DNA of 59,772 nucleotides, counting the filler, from Dirinaria sp. TL-2023a (lineage: Eukaryota): the NCBI GenBank assembly GCA_051941275.1. It is 7 parts of 7 records of this genome, joined end to end, with 100 filler letters (N's around TTAATTAATTAA, not from the genome) between each part and the next. Parts side by side here need not be neighbours in the genome. Positions count along the whole stretch, not along the records: positions 34,295 to 42,721 come from JAVEBF010001182.1; positions 42,822 to 51,247 come from JAVEBF010001183.1; 5 more parts are not named here. One strand, 5' to 3'. This document shows positions 39,296 to 51,347 of the stretch, piece after piece (the stretch's first letter is position 1; each line of letters starts with the position of its first letter). The position numbers and the translations under genes were made by a program. Below the pieces are notes generated by a model. It was given only the letters and a program-made list of their open reading frames with translations. It was not told where the DNA came from and did not search any database.

Positions 39296-41547
39296 ATGAA
39301 AATAAGCAACCATTCTGCGGTACCAGTCTATACCATATCAGGCTCTTCTACGGCGCGACCGCTACCTGAATGGCTGGCTAGAAAGCGAAAGCGCAGCTTG
39401 AAGTCCGATCCCGAGTATGCGAGCCGAGTAGAGCTTCTGCAAGATTTCGAGTTTGAGGAAGCCAGCCAATGCATCAGAGTAAGCGAAGATGGGCAATGGG
39501 TCATGAGTACTGGTACGACGTCCTTTCCTTCCCTCCAGACCCTCTGAGTGAACGACAGCCCACGTCAGGACCAATGCAGTGGAGCTGCTCTATCTAACGT
39601 GAGTATCTAGGCACATACAAACCACAAATCCATACGCACTACCTCCCTCACCTAGCCTTATCATACTCTCGGCATACGAACTCTCTCAATACCTCTTTCC
39701 TGCTCTTATCGTCGGATTACTCCAAGTCTCTCCACCTCCAGGCAGATAGGTCCTTAGAGATCCACACCCCTCAAGGATGTCATTACACCACTCGTCTGCC
39801 GCGCTATGGCCGAGACTTGAAATATGAGAGACGCTCTGCCGAAGCTCTGATACCCGCCGTAGGGGTCAACGAGCATTCACAAGGAGAAGTGTTTCGTCTC
39901 AATCTCGAAGTAGGAAGGTTTTTGCGGGGTTACGAAGTGGATGTTGGCGGGGATGATCCTGCATCGCTGGGAGGCGGCGCATTGCAGGGCAGTATAGGAG
40001 CAGGGAGTGTCAATGCCGCTTCTGTAGCAGAAGCAAGTCATAATCTGCTTGCATTTGGGACATCGCTTGGAACTGTGGAATTCTTCGACCCGCGGTCACG
40101 TGGTCGTATAGGAAAATTACCCGCGTCACCATCTTCGTACATAATAGACGGTAGGCCAGAGATCACAGCATTGGAGTTTGACCATTCTGGCTTGGGAATT
40201 GCCACAGGATCATCCGTAGGGCTCATTCATCTTTACGATCTACGATCGCCCATTCCACTCCTGAAGAAGGATCAAGGCTATGGTTATCCTATTCAAGACA
40301 TCATCTTTCTGAAGTCTACCACTTCTACAAAAGCGCAAACATCGGAGCCCAAAATTCTTTCTGCGGACAAAAGGATAATCAAAATTTGGGACTCCCATGA
40401 TGGCTCACCGTGGACATCGGTCGAACCGGCTGTCGATATGAACTCAGTCGCATGGTGTAGTGACTCAGGAATGCTGCTTACTGCCAATGAGGGTCGCCAA
40501 CAGCACGCGTTTTTCATTCCACAGCTTGGCCCTGCGCCAAAATGGTGTTCATTCCTTGACAATTTAGTAGAGGAAATGGCTGAAGACCCTAATGATCCCA
40601 ATGCTTTTACAAGCCAAAAGGCAGGCGATGTGTACGATAACTACAAATTCTTAACCATGCAACAGCTTGAAAAACTCAATCTAGCACATCTTGTTGGAAC
40701 TACAAGCCTTCTCAGACCTTACATGCACGGCTTCTTCGTCGCCCAACGTTTATATGAGGAAGCCAAAATGATTGCAGATCCCTTTGTATGGGAGGAGCAG
40801 AGGAACAAGAGGGTCAAGGAAAAGATCGACGCAGAGCGAGAGAGCAGGATTCGTGGTAAGAAGAAGGTGGCGGCCAAAGTCAATCGACGACTAGCGGAGA
40901 AAATAATGGATCGGACGGAAAAGAACGAGCGCCGGCGGGCACAGAAGGTCATCGAGAGGGGTGGCGACGAATCTCCTGTCGAGGACAAGCCAGTGGAAGG
41001 CCGTAGCGATCTGCTCTCTGACCCTCGCTTTACAAAATTATTCCAGGATGAAGACTTCGCGATCGACGAAACATCACGAGAATTCCAATTGCTTAATCCC
41101 AGTACAAAACCGATCGCGGATAGCCATATTAGCGGTACATCGAAGCTAACAGCCGTCGAACAGGAGGATATGGACGAGGTTCCAAAGTCAGATATGGACA
41201 GTCCTGTTAGTTCGGACGACGAGGCTGAGAGGGCTCCCACCAAAAATAAAGCCAACGATAGCGGTCGTATATCCTCATCCTCGTATAGAAAATCCGGACA
41301 TCGACCGAAGCAGCCGCAGATGCGTGTCGCTTTCTCCAATGTCCCTAGGGAAAGCCGAGACCATACTTTTGGCTTTCGCGCTGAACGCCACAAGACAGCA
41401 AACAATCCCCAAAGTTCGATCAGAGGTGAAAGAGAAATTACCTTTGCGCCATTGCGGAAGACCAAAACAGCAGAAAGAGAAGAGCCCAAGAGGAGACGTG
41501 ATGAAGGCAGGAGAAGTGCTTCCGGCAATGTGCTTCGGAACATGTAG
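39296..41547 (+). CDS. ENP2: Ribosome biogenesis WD40 protein Enp2/NOL10; intron about 39513-39610
   Basis: LPEWLARKRKRSLK, RVELLQDFEF, FFIPQLGPAPKWCSFLDNLVEE, YDNYKFLT, DPRFTKLFQDEDFAID (NUC153). Confidence 0.95.
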
Positions 41548-41934
41548 ACAGCATTGATGACTATATGAGTCTAGAGATACCCAATTTGAATCCAGTATTG
41601 AGAGTTCCAGTCCTGTCGAAACTTTTTGTTGCGAACCGTCGCTTTTACGTACCACATCTGCCCTTCATTGTTAATAGGTAGCGAGTTCATCTATAAGCAA
41701 AGTCAGAACAATTCGATGGAGCCAAGCAAAGTTGAACTGGGTAATCGGCGCCCACACCCTAAACTCATTCCCAAGATAGATAAGGTACAGTACAGTATGT
41801 ACCGTACCTTAGAAGCCATGTCAAAGACAGAAAAAGATTCTACCTTACGAATCAATCTCGAGGGTCGAAGTAGGGTTGGCATGTGATAATGCCAAGCCGG
41901 AAGTGGATAGCTTCATATTGAGAATGGGCGGATG

Positions 41935-41940
41935 CCGAGG
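41935..41940. promoter_or_regulatory. CCGAGG (CCTCGG) FarA/FarB-type fatty-acid response element upstream of PEX11
   Basis: Exact core about 155 bp upstream of the PEX11 ATG. CCTCGG is the established element of Aspergillus peroxisomal/beta-oxidation genes, but a 6-mer can occur by chance. Confidence 0.45.
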
Positions 41941-42093
41941 TAAATCGACACTCGATTACATTCTACCTTACCTTATCCCACGTATCTACCTAGCTTGCCT
42001 GTGATGGAAGACAACTTTACAATCCCATAAAAGTATCTTGAGGTGGCCCTTCTGCGGATACCTACGACTGAGTGCTTTTAACCCTATACAAAC

Positions 42094-42721
42094 ATGGTCG
42101 CAGACGGGGTTGTCTATCATCCTACCGTATCTCACTATCTCCGCTTCGTTGCTACAACGGGTATGCCGTCACACACTGATTCGCGATTGCTGATTATGCC
42201 ACTGACATTTTTCACTCAGTGGGTCGCGATAAGCTCCTTCGTACTCTTCAATACTTTGCACGTTTCTATGCTTGGTATCTCTATCGAACAAATTACCCTA
42301 CACGGCTTATCACTCCTTGGGAGACCGTCAAAAAGCAATTTGGCCTTACACGCAAGACACTGCGATTGGGGAAGAATGTCGAACATTTCAAAGCTGCAGC
42401 TGCCGCTGCGGACGCTAAGAACATGGACCCAGTGTTGAAGTACTGCGCTGTTGGAAGGCAATTGGGTTACGCGACATATCTCACTTTGGACGCTGTTACA
42501 TTTGTAAGCTTCGGATAGGCCACCGCTACTGCTGTACTCAAGTCTAACGGGAAATCCCAGCTTGATGCTGCCGCTATAAGACCACTTGCTAGCGCAAAAA
42601 GGCTACAGAAGGAGGCTTACAGAGCATGGCTGGCTGGTCTGACTTTCAATGCCATTGCTGGCTTCTATACGCTCTGGCAGCTTCGCCGGAGAGAGCAAAA
42701 TACTGACAAAAGCGACGGGGA
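42094..42721 (+). CDS. PEX11: Peroxin 11; spliced, 3' truncated
   Basis: MVADGVVYHPTVSHYLRFVATT|VGRDKLLRTLQYFARF..KKQFGLTRKTLRLGKNVEH. Confidence 0.95.
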
Positions 42722-42821
42722 NNNNNNNNNNNNNNNNNNNNNNNNNNNNNNNNNNNNNNNNNNNNTTAATTAATTAANNNNNNNNNNNNNNNNNNNNNNN
42801 NNNNNNNNNNNNNNNNNNNNN
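42722..42821. other. Artificial contig spacer
   Basis: N44-TTAATTAATTAA-N44. Confidence 0.99.
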
Positions 42822-45579
42822 GACAGCAACAGGCCCTTCCCCAACTTCCCCTTCAACGTTCGCAACCACTCGTTCCACACCCCGACCTCCTCCACCTCGA
42901 CCATCTCCTCCCGCATCGTGCTCATCTCCGCAATCGCCCGCGCGTACATGCTATCGCCGAAACTGTCCGCGATATGCGTCTCGGCGATCGCGCCCAGCTG
43001 CTCCACGGCCGCGCGGATCGCGGCGGGCGACTCCGCCGTGTCGAGCATTTGCCGGAACGAGGGGATGGGGTTGTCGGCTTCGACGCGGCGGCGTCGTCGG
43101 GCTGCTGTTTTGGGTGCGGGGCCGAGGAGGGATTCGACGTCCAGGCCGGAGAGCGGGGCGATGTCGGCGCGGTTGCGTTTTCGGGAGGCGACTTTCGGTG
43201 GCACTGGAATTTTTTGAGGGGGTTATGTTTTTAGTATTTTTCTGTTTTCTGGGGGGTTTTTTTGGGTTTTGGTTGGAAGGGAGAGGGAATGGGGGAGGAG
43301 GAATGGTGCGGATTTACCCTTTTTAACGTGTGCTGCTGCTATGAGTTTGTCGAGCTGGCGCTGGGCTCGGTCGATGAGCTCGTCGGGTGGTTTGGAGTAG
43401 CGCGTAAGGATCTCATAAGGAGGTGGGATCGGCTCGGAAGGGTGGACGGCACGGAATCGAACGGCTTGGTCGATGCGGTGGAGCACCGGGGAATATGTGT
43501 CCATCGGTGCCATGTACTCGCATGGATCACTGAGCATGATTAGTTCTGTCAAAAGAAAGGACTTCTCTGTTCTATGCTGGAGAAGCAGACCCTTCATCAT
43601 CTTTTCCGAATGTCGACAGGTCCATTCGATCTACGTAGTCGCTCATTGCGGACTTCAGGGCATCGCTCGGCAAATTTCGATGCTCTGTAATGATTTTGCC
43701 AGACACGGTGACGACTCTGTCCAACGGCGGGAACTTGTACGAGCGTAGGTCTTCCGCAAACGGCAGTTGCACATCCAGTAGACATTCGTAGTCGGGTTCG
43801 ATTGATGGAGCAAGCAAAGTAATGAGTGGATCTCTGCCGTCCTTGGGAACTAAGCGAGCGACGGCGTAGGATTCGAGTTCGAAAAGGGCGTGGATTAGGG
43901 ACGACAGGGCGATGATGGCTTTATTGTTCGTCTTCTGTGCTATGGTGACACATGAGACTGACATGTGCATATAACGCTCGTACTAGGCACTATCAGCGAT
44001 GTTGACTCGTTGGGGAAGCTAGGCCTTGGCTTACTGTTTCCCACGGTATGAAGCCGATAATGTCAAAGCCTGCTGTTGTTTCTAGCTTTGTAACGTTCCA
44101 CTCCGACTCACTGATGTGTACAGCTGTTGAGCCGTATGCATAACCCCTAGCTAGGTCGTCACGGTCAACATCTCTCTTGCCCCCTGGCGCTTCCTCGTCC
44201 TTCACCTGATACGTTCTTGCGCTTCTGACCGATGTTAGCCCATTGGGATCAGACTGGGCCATGGCAATGTCCTGGACATCTGGCGAAAGCGCTGCCGGAG
44301 TTTGCGCGCTAGCGTGCCCACTGGAAAGCTCTGTTCTCTGCACGAATTGGCTTGCTGTCAATGGTCTCCTGACCGCGGTCCGTGGGAATCTTTCGACATG
44401 AATACAAAGGGCAGAGTCATACTCGTAAGGGTTCCCTAATGTGAGCTGGCCGATGTAGGAGTTGACAGGCCGCGTAGTTTTCAAACGAGGAACGCCCAGC
44501 TCGTCAATCGCCTGCTTCATGGTTCCAAATACTCCGTTACAGGCATCGACAAATTTTCGGAGCGTCGTCTCGTTTGCGCGCTAGCTGGGAAGTCAGTTTC
44601 TAGCAAGGACCATTACAGAGACGCTCAATATCAGAAACCTTCGCTGTGCTCTTATCCTCTTCCTTGAACCCATAGTCTGGGTCATCGAAATCCACTCCAC
44701 TGAGACTTCTCAGCAACCCAAGTCATTTGGGGAACCAAGTACAATCCACATACACCACAACGAGCTCGATGCCCTCCGCAACGATCTTCTTGATGATTTC
44801 GGAAGCATCGTCGGCATCTATTGCTCCTCGAGCATCCGTCACGAGGACGATCTTTCGACGATACTTGAGTTTCTTGCAGTATTTGACAATCATCTGTATG
44901 GCAATTACCACGGCCGAGATTGCTACATCAAATGAGCACAAAGGACACGAATTTTGGGCAGGTGTAGTATGGACCATCTCCGTCGTCGGTATTGCTCAAT
45001 TTAATTTTTGCACGTATTTCCTTGAGATCTTGTAATAGAATCCTAGGCATCGTTGGAGCTTGATTGGAACGTGCTGCTTGGAGGAAAGAAATACTGGCTT
45101 ATCTCCTGTAGAACTGAAACGTTGCCAAATCCATCCTCCCCACCCATTTCATTCGCAGTGCCTTGCAGAAATCAACAATGAGGTACTAACAAGAGGTTGA
45201 AGTATTCACCGTCAGTCCTCAGTCCAATGACTCCGAGCGTAGCCGTTTTACGGTCCAGTGCCACCTCAAATAATGAGCAAAATGGCTCCGAGAAGCATCG
45301 ATTGGGCAATGGTCATACTGTGCTAGTAATCTTTTCCCATACATATGCCATAGACCAATCTAGGTCCGACTGGTTTCGTCCATTATGCTTTACGCCCATC
45401 GACGACCCAACATCCACAATATAGACTTGGACTTATCAGCAAGCGCTCCTTCTCTCAACATCAACCTTTTAGATCGAACGTAATGTATTGAGTAGAGCTT
45501 GTGGGACATTCTTCTTCATCGCAAGAGCCAGCAGAATACATTTAGTAAGTCACTCACCTGTAGCTTCTTTATCTGCCAT
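42822..45579 (-). CDS. KU80: Ku80 (ATP-dependent DNA helicase II subunit 2); multi-exon, 3' truncated
   Basis: [79 protein letters not shown]. Confidence 0.95.
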
Positions 45580-45657
45580 TATTAGTATTGATGAGCTTGG
45601 TATGTATGAGACCACAGTGTGAGGCGACGAACATACATTAAAATCAGCCAGGCAGTA

Positions 45658-45663
45658 ACGCGT
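45658..45663. promoter_or_regulatory. MCB (ACGCGT) cell-cycle box in the KU80 upstream region
   Basis: Exact ACGCGT about 80 bp upstream of the KU80 ATG; typical of G1/S DNA-maintenance genes. Single short match. Confidence 0.4.
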
Positions 45664-46431
45664 GGTCATGTGATTATTCGCTTCTCTTAACCCTGATTTT
45701 TCAGGGGGGTTTATAACCCTAAGTATTCTTTCTCCAGCGTTGCGTTTACACTCCCGTTTAATCCTTTTAAACCCATTCATCACGCTGTAAACTCGATGAC
45801 TACTGGAGACCGCGAGGTGAAGCATGGAAAGGGAGATGTCTCAAGCATCGCCGCAAGATTGGTCTTTACCTTTTCTTTTTCGATATGGAGTAACCAACGG
45901 GTAAAACCTCAGCACTTCAATCGTACCCATGCTAGATCCAGCCTCACCGAGAAGACAAAGATGACAAGAAAAATTTGGTGGACATGAAAGTGATTTGAAT
46001 CTGATTAGCATCATAAAACGAAGCTCATATCCACTCGTCTTCATTTATCCCTTGCGATGATGCCGCTCTTGGGTAGAACCAGGAAGCGATCATGATGCAC
46101 ACTTAGCTGCATCGGAATCACGGGCAACCCTCCTTCTTTCCTCCCATTTTCGAGCTGCTCAGGGATTGATTCGACCTACTACCCCATGAGGCGAAAAGGC
46201 TGTGAAAACACAAATAAGGGCGCGGAAACTGTAGAATGAGGTGTGCGCGCAATAGCCTGAGAGCCTCCAACTGCTCGTTAAACGATTGCCTTAAGAGGGC
46301 CCTATTTCCGGCCTTCCTCGCTAGCTTGTTAGGACTCTAGGGACGAGAAAGACAAAACCAAACAATGTAGCTGAGCAACTTCCCAAAATTAGGCTTGTTG
46401 AAACCTTTACGGTAGGCTGTTTTAGGAGGTG
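45664..46431 (+). ncRNA. Candidate telomerase RNA (boundaries approximate)
   Basis: Template-like TAACCCTAA at 45714-45722, immediately preceded by hairpin CCCTGA-TTTT-TCAGGG and followed by nested helices and U-rich/A-rich tracts. No credible CDS here. Divergent from KU80. Confidence 0.6.
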
Positions 46432-47401
46432 TTAAACGATAGTCTTTGCTTCTAAACAATACCGGACCGCCGCTCTAGTTATAGTCCGAACAATGGCAAC
46501 ATCTTCGTCATTCCGCGGCGCATATATCATGGTATAATTGAGAGGGAAACCTAATGCCCGTCCGCTCAATCCGTGTCTCTCTCCCCAGCCTCGTTCAAGC
46601 ACGGTAGCTGCATCAGTAGCAGAGAGTATAGCATGTGAGCTGCCGTCAGCGAAGTGAGTGTGCATGATCTCTCTTGGTGACTTTGGATAATTTGCGTGGT
46701 TGCCGGAACTTGCTGTTGGTAAGGTAAACAAAGAGGGCACTCCGCCCTCTATCTTTGAAGGTCCCGTCTCGATAAGTTCAGGATTAGACTCTGCTAGGTT
46801 TTTAATGCTGGCCATAAGAGACTGTGGGAAAGAATTAGCCAAGCTGATGACAAGTGCTGTAGTATAAAAATTATGATGATTGAAACAGCACCTGCTGCAA
46901 TAAGCGCATTTCACCTACCCACGTGATCAGGCAAACGTACAGATGGCTGGGTTACTGTAAAGATTTTTTATGGTAAAGAAGACAATTTCTGACTGCTCAT
47001 GACTGTAGATGAATAGGTTGTCCTACCTGCTTGAGGGCTTCACTGGCGGTGGCCTCCAGCTGACGGTGTGGAACTACCCAGGTTCCTGTCTTTGGGTTGC
47101 TCCTCTTAGGTAGGTCACTTTCTAGAAAAGCCTTTCGTTCAAGGTCAGAAGTCTTGAGCGCGTCGTAGCAACGTGTACTTCGTACGTCCCGGTCGGCAAC
47201 CAGACGTAGAATGCATTGAATGGTCCAACCGAAAACATTGTTCGGTATCCCACCGCGTCCAAGCGCGATCCAATCACGATAATCGATATAAGCAAGCCGA
47301 ATAAGAGGCAATGCAGCAATAGTCAAAAGAGTAAGCTTATATCGCTGGGCGATAAAAATGGCGTTAGACCCATACATGGACAAACTCGACCTTACGTCCA
47401 T
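46432..47401 (-). CDS. Luciferase-like (DUF5519/Luz-related) domain protein; intron about 46822-47026
   Basis: DYRDWIALGRGGIPNNVFGW, VVPHRQL, REIMHTHFADGSSHAILS..VLERGWGERHGLSG, MIYAPRNDED. Confidence 0.8.
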
Positions 47402-47723
47402 CGCGATGGTTTTCTATGGAAAATTGCTGGAATCACAATCCGCTCGAAGGCGAGGTCGGATGTTGTTGGAAATATAGAACTTTTAGTGCTGACGGGAGGC
47501 TTCGGAATCTGGTTATCAACGCTTCTAAGATGCTTACCTAAGCACAGTACAATCATAATTGATTGGCAAGCGACGATACTTAAGCGCGCGACCCCGCCGC
47601 AGCGGAATCCTACGAGCCGACGACTCCTACGGAGTACCGATCCGTCGCTGGTATGCGCGTCATCGTCTAGGTCCAGTTGAACTGTCTCGTGATATATTAA
47701 TAGGCCTAAATCGACACTTCAAG

Positions 47724-47757
47724 CTCTCTCTCTCTCTCTCTCTCTCGCTCTCGCTCT
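47724..47757 (+). repeat. (CT)n microsatellite upstream of the TMEM205-like gene
   Basis: CTCTCTCTCTCTCTCTCTCTCTCGCTCTCGCTCT. Confidence 0.9.
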
Positions 47758-47786
47758 GTTGACCAACAATCAAGCTCCTTTGCAAA

Positions 47787-48693
47787 ATGCCAGATTTCTC
47801 TGTTCTTGCGAGTGCAGCACCTTATCATCTTCTGAGGTTGATTTTTGGCCCTTCTAGGTCACCGAAGCTGTTGACACTGACATGACGTTAGCTACGGCAC
47901 ATTGGTGGGTAGCAATATCTTCCAAGTATGCCCTAAGTCTATCGATATGAGTCTCTCCATTGATTGCTCGTTAGTCATATATCAATGGTATCGTCTCGTA
48001 GGTCACATCCGTAAAGTACTCTAGCCGCAAAACTCTTGACAAGTTCGATCAAGATATCGGGCCCTTCCACGGCCACAATTTGCGACACTCCAGCAAGCAC
48101 TGTTTCCGGTCTACTTCTCCATACAGACAGCCCTACCAGTAGTCATGGCCCTCACCTACCCTAGCTCGGACTCTCCTCTCAAATCCACTCCTTCAGGGCT
48201 CGCAGGAGTTTTTGAGCCAGAAAATCGAGTCAGTGTGCTGGCACCGATCACCGCGATATTTTTGATGAACGCATCAAATTTGCTTGTCATTGGCCCGGCA
48301 ACAACCAAGGTCATGAGGGAAAGAAAACATCAGGGTACCCTTCATCTCCAGCAGAATTGGAGGGCGGATGCGCTGACTTGCATGCAGAAACGAAAGACGG
48401 CAAGAAGAGTTACGACAGCCCGCCTCACTCGAAGGAAATGACGAGATTGAACCAAAAATTCGGGAGGTACCACGGTGTAAGTTTTCGCCTTGTTGCGTTG
48501 TCGGTTCGGGGGTAATTGAGAAGTCGCTGGACCGTTTGTCGGTTACAAACCTTGACTTACTGTTGAGCACATGTCTAATCTCCCATTAAAACTATGCTGA
48601 CTTGCTAACCACAAGGCGTCGACATTGATGAATATGGGCTCGCTTCTAGTGGCCTTCTGGTATGGGATGGGGTTAGCGGCCCGGATTCAATAG
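47787..48693 (+). CDS. TMEM205/DUF4149-family membrane protein; about 6 exons
   Basis: APYHLL|SYGTLVG..FQ|SYINGIV|SYRALPRPQFATLQQALFPVYF, GPATTKVMRERKHQ|ETKDGKKSYD, LNQKFGRYHG. Confidence 0.88.
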
Positions 48694-48964
48694 CTCGGTA
48701 GGATTCTCTGTAGCAAGTGTTTGATGTCGGATATCGTATTCTGATGTCGAGAATTGATGACGTACATGGAAACCAAACTTGCAGTCATTTACAGATGAAT
48801 TGATCTTGTTTCGATTCATATGGGCTCATGGGCCTTTCCTTAGTTTCCTATCACGCTCTTATCGATAAGGCTTGGCGTGCACTAGCTCCAAGGTTTCTCC
48901 CTCACTTCGTCTTTGCGAACGCTAATGTCTTATGCTTCTACTCTTCCATGTTGTTCAGAGAAGT

Positions 48965-51211
48965 ATGGGTTTCAAGTCGGATCAGAACTTGTTCTCCAGT
49001 ACCTACCGGCCGTCTCAGAACCCTGACGGGTCTCCTCTACCCCCTCCTTTACCCCCACGAGTGGACCAGAGCTCCCAGACATCTTCCTTAGATCCTCCAT
49101 CATATACAGAGAGCGGTCCGGTATTCTACTCACAGCCATTGACGGGTTCATGGTCAGCTCAAGATCCGCGTTCCAGCTCCGCCCAATCCCTCATCCCAGA
49201 GAACTCGTCAAACGACGGCAAGAGAAGGCTTCTTCTAGTATATATCCATGGCTTTATGGGTAATGAAACAAGCTTCCAGAGCTTCCCGGCGCACATCCAC
49301 AATCTAGTCACCGTGAAGCTGGCGGAGACACATCAAGTGCACACGAAAATATACCCGAAATATAAGTCTAGAAAAGCTATCGAGTACGCCCGTGATGACT
49401 TCAGCAAGTGGTCAGCATTTAGGACAGCGCGCTTCTCTTTTACGGCACGCTGATACTCCTCAAGGCTGCGTCCTCATGAATCACCAGAAACGGACGTCAT
49501 TCTCGCTGGACACAGTATGGGAGGCTTATTATCCGCCGAAGTGGCTTTGCTAGGACAATCCACCAATGCGAGCGAAACATCCTTCCAGCACCGCATTTTA
49601 GGCACTATAAATCTTGACACGCCCTTTCTAGGCATACATCCCGGCGTCATAGGCAGTGGCATAGGGAGCCTCTTTCGACCGGCACCAGATGCACCGGCAC
49701 CGGAAGGAACATCAAGTCAGCGTAGCGGTCTAAATCAAGCCTCAACACTCTTGTCAACAGGCAATGACAACATGCCAGTGATGGAGCGTCCAGCTCTCTC
49801 CTCTGAAAACCACGATTCCTTGAGTGGCCAGAGCATATCGTTTCCCACGGATTCCGATACTACGATATTAAACCCTGTCCCTCCGTTCCTCGTCCCAGCC
49901 AATGATCCAAATTACAACCCAACATTCCCCAATGATGTGCGGAAGACTTCTCGAAAAGGCTGGGAGAACGCGCTTCACTTTGTCAAAAAACATTCAGATG
50001 GCTTGATGCGAGCGACTAGATCCTATGTAACATCTTACTTCGAATTCGGAGGGTGCCTTGCCGATTACAATGGTCTAAGAGACCGGTACTCGCGCTTAAG
50101 AAAACTTGAGGAAAACGATTACCGCCGTAGAGATGGTCAAAGGAGGGTCAGGTTCGTCAACTACTATACTGCTAGCACCGGCCGTCCCAAAAGACAGAAA
50201 TCGAGACCGACATCGCCAGCCCCAGCTGGAACAAGGCTCGGTCAGGATTCTGACACCGACGTCGAACCGCAAGCACTTGAGCAACGATTGCAGGATATCA
50301 GTGTCTCAACTTCAGAGGCCAGAGCACGTTCGACAAGTCCACATATCCCTTCAACAGAGCTCACGGACGACGATTCCGTTCCGGAAATCCCCATCGACGC
50401 TGAAGACATACTGGGTATTCCACCACAAGAAGCGGTATCAAGCAGTAATGCAGGCTCCGAAACAGAGCCTGCGGTGGGAGCTGCATCGATGCCTGACCAA
50501 GCCGACAAACGACTGCTCAGCGACGAAACACTTCGTACCATGAGCGAACAAGATCCAGCACTGAGCCTTGAACCTAGCACCAGCGCAAGCATTCATCACG
50601 AAATCAATTTGCTCCCACCGATCCCGCCTCAGCCCCAAGCACCAGCCGCCTTCGACCCGGTTCTCTACCCGGAGCGAGACGCTCGCAAACTCGCGGAGAA
50701 GAACCACGCGCGACAACTGAAAGCCTATCAGCGCGCGATCAAGGACCGCGATAACGCCATCAAAGACCGACGCAAGTTCCTCGAAAAGCGCGAGAAAGCG
50801 GCTCAGCAGAGCCGGGAAAAGCAGCTTAAACGCGAGGGAAAGCCGCCACCGAAGCAGAAAAAGAAGAAGAAAAATGAGAAAGATGATCCAAGACAACAAA
50901 CATCCCTCTCAGCCTCCACATCGCATCAATCTCATGAATCTGGCGTAGACGACGACAACGACGACGACGACGAAGTAGTAATAATCGAACAGAAAAAAAG
51001 CGACGAAAAACCAAAACGGGACAAGAAATTCTGCATGCTCCCTTCTTCGAAACTCGACGAACCCGATCCCTGCTGGGTCCGCGTGTACATGCGGGGCGTG
51101 GACGAGGTGGGCGCCCATTGCGGGCTGTTCTGTGCGCAGGGCGAGACTTATGAATGGCTTGTGCGCGATGTGGGCGAGAGGATTAAGGACTGGGTTTTTG
51201 AGTTGCGGTAG
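48965..51211 (+). CDS. Alpha/beta hydrolase (DUF676-like putative serine esterase); one intron at about 49411-49464
   Basis: LLVYIHGFMGNETSF, nucleophile elbow GHSMGG, LDTPFLG, FVNYYT, KFCMLP, DEVGAHCGLF. Confidence 0.85.
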
Positions 51212-51247
51212 GTGAGGTAGTTGAGGTGGCATTGGAGGGTTGGGGGT

Positions 51248-51347
51248 NNNNNNNNNNNNNNNNNNNNNNNNNNNNNNNNNNNNNNNNNNNNTTAATTAAT
51301 TAANNNNNNNNNNNNNNNNNNNNNNNNNNNNNNNNNNNNNNNNNNNN
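51248..51347. other. Artificial contig spacer
   Basis: N44-TTAATTAATTAA-N44. Confidence 0.99.

Noticed and set aside
40719..41543. Long antisense ORFs (also 9478-10197, 10455-11018 and others)
   Set aside because: Shadows of well-supported genes on the opposite strand, with no recognisable motifs.
46822..47026. TPP riboswitch in the 205-nt intron of the luciferase-like gene (CCTGATC...GTAGG on the minus strand)
   Set aside because: Lacks the CUGAGA and AUAAU/GCG elements of TPP aptamers.
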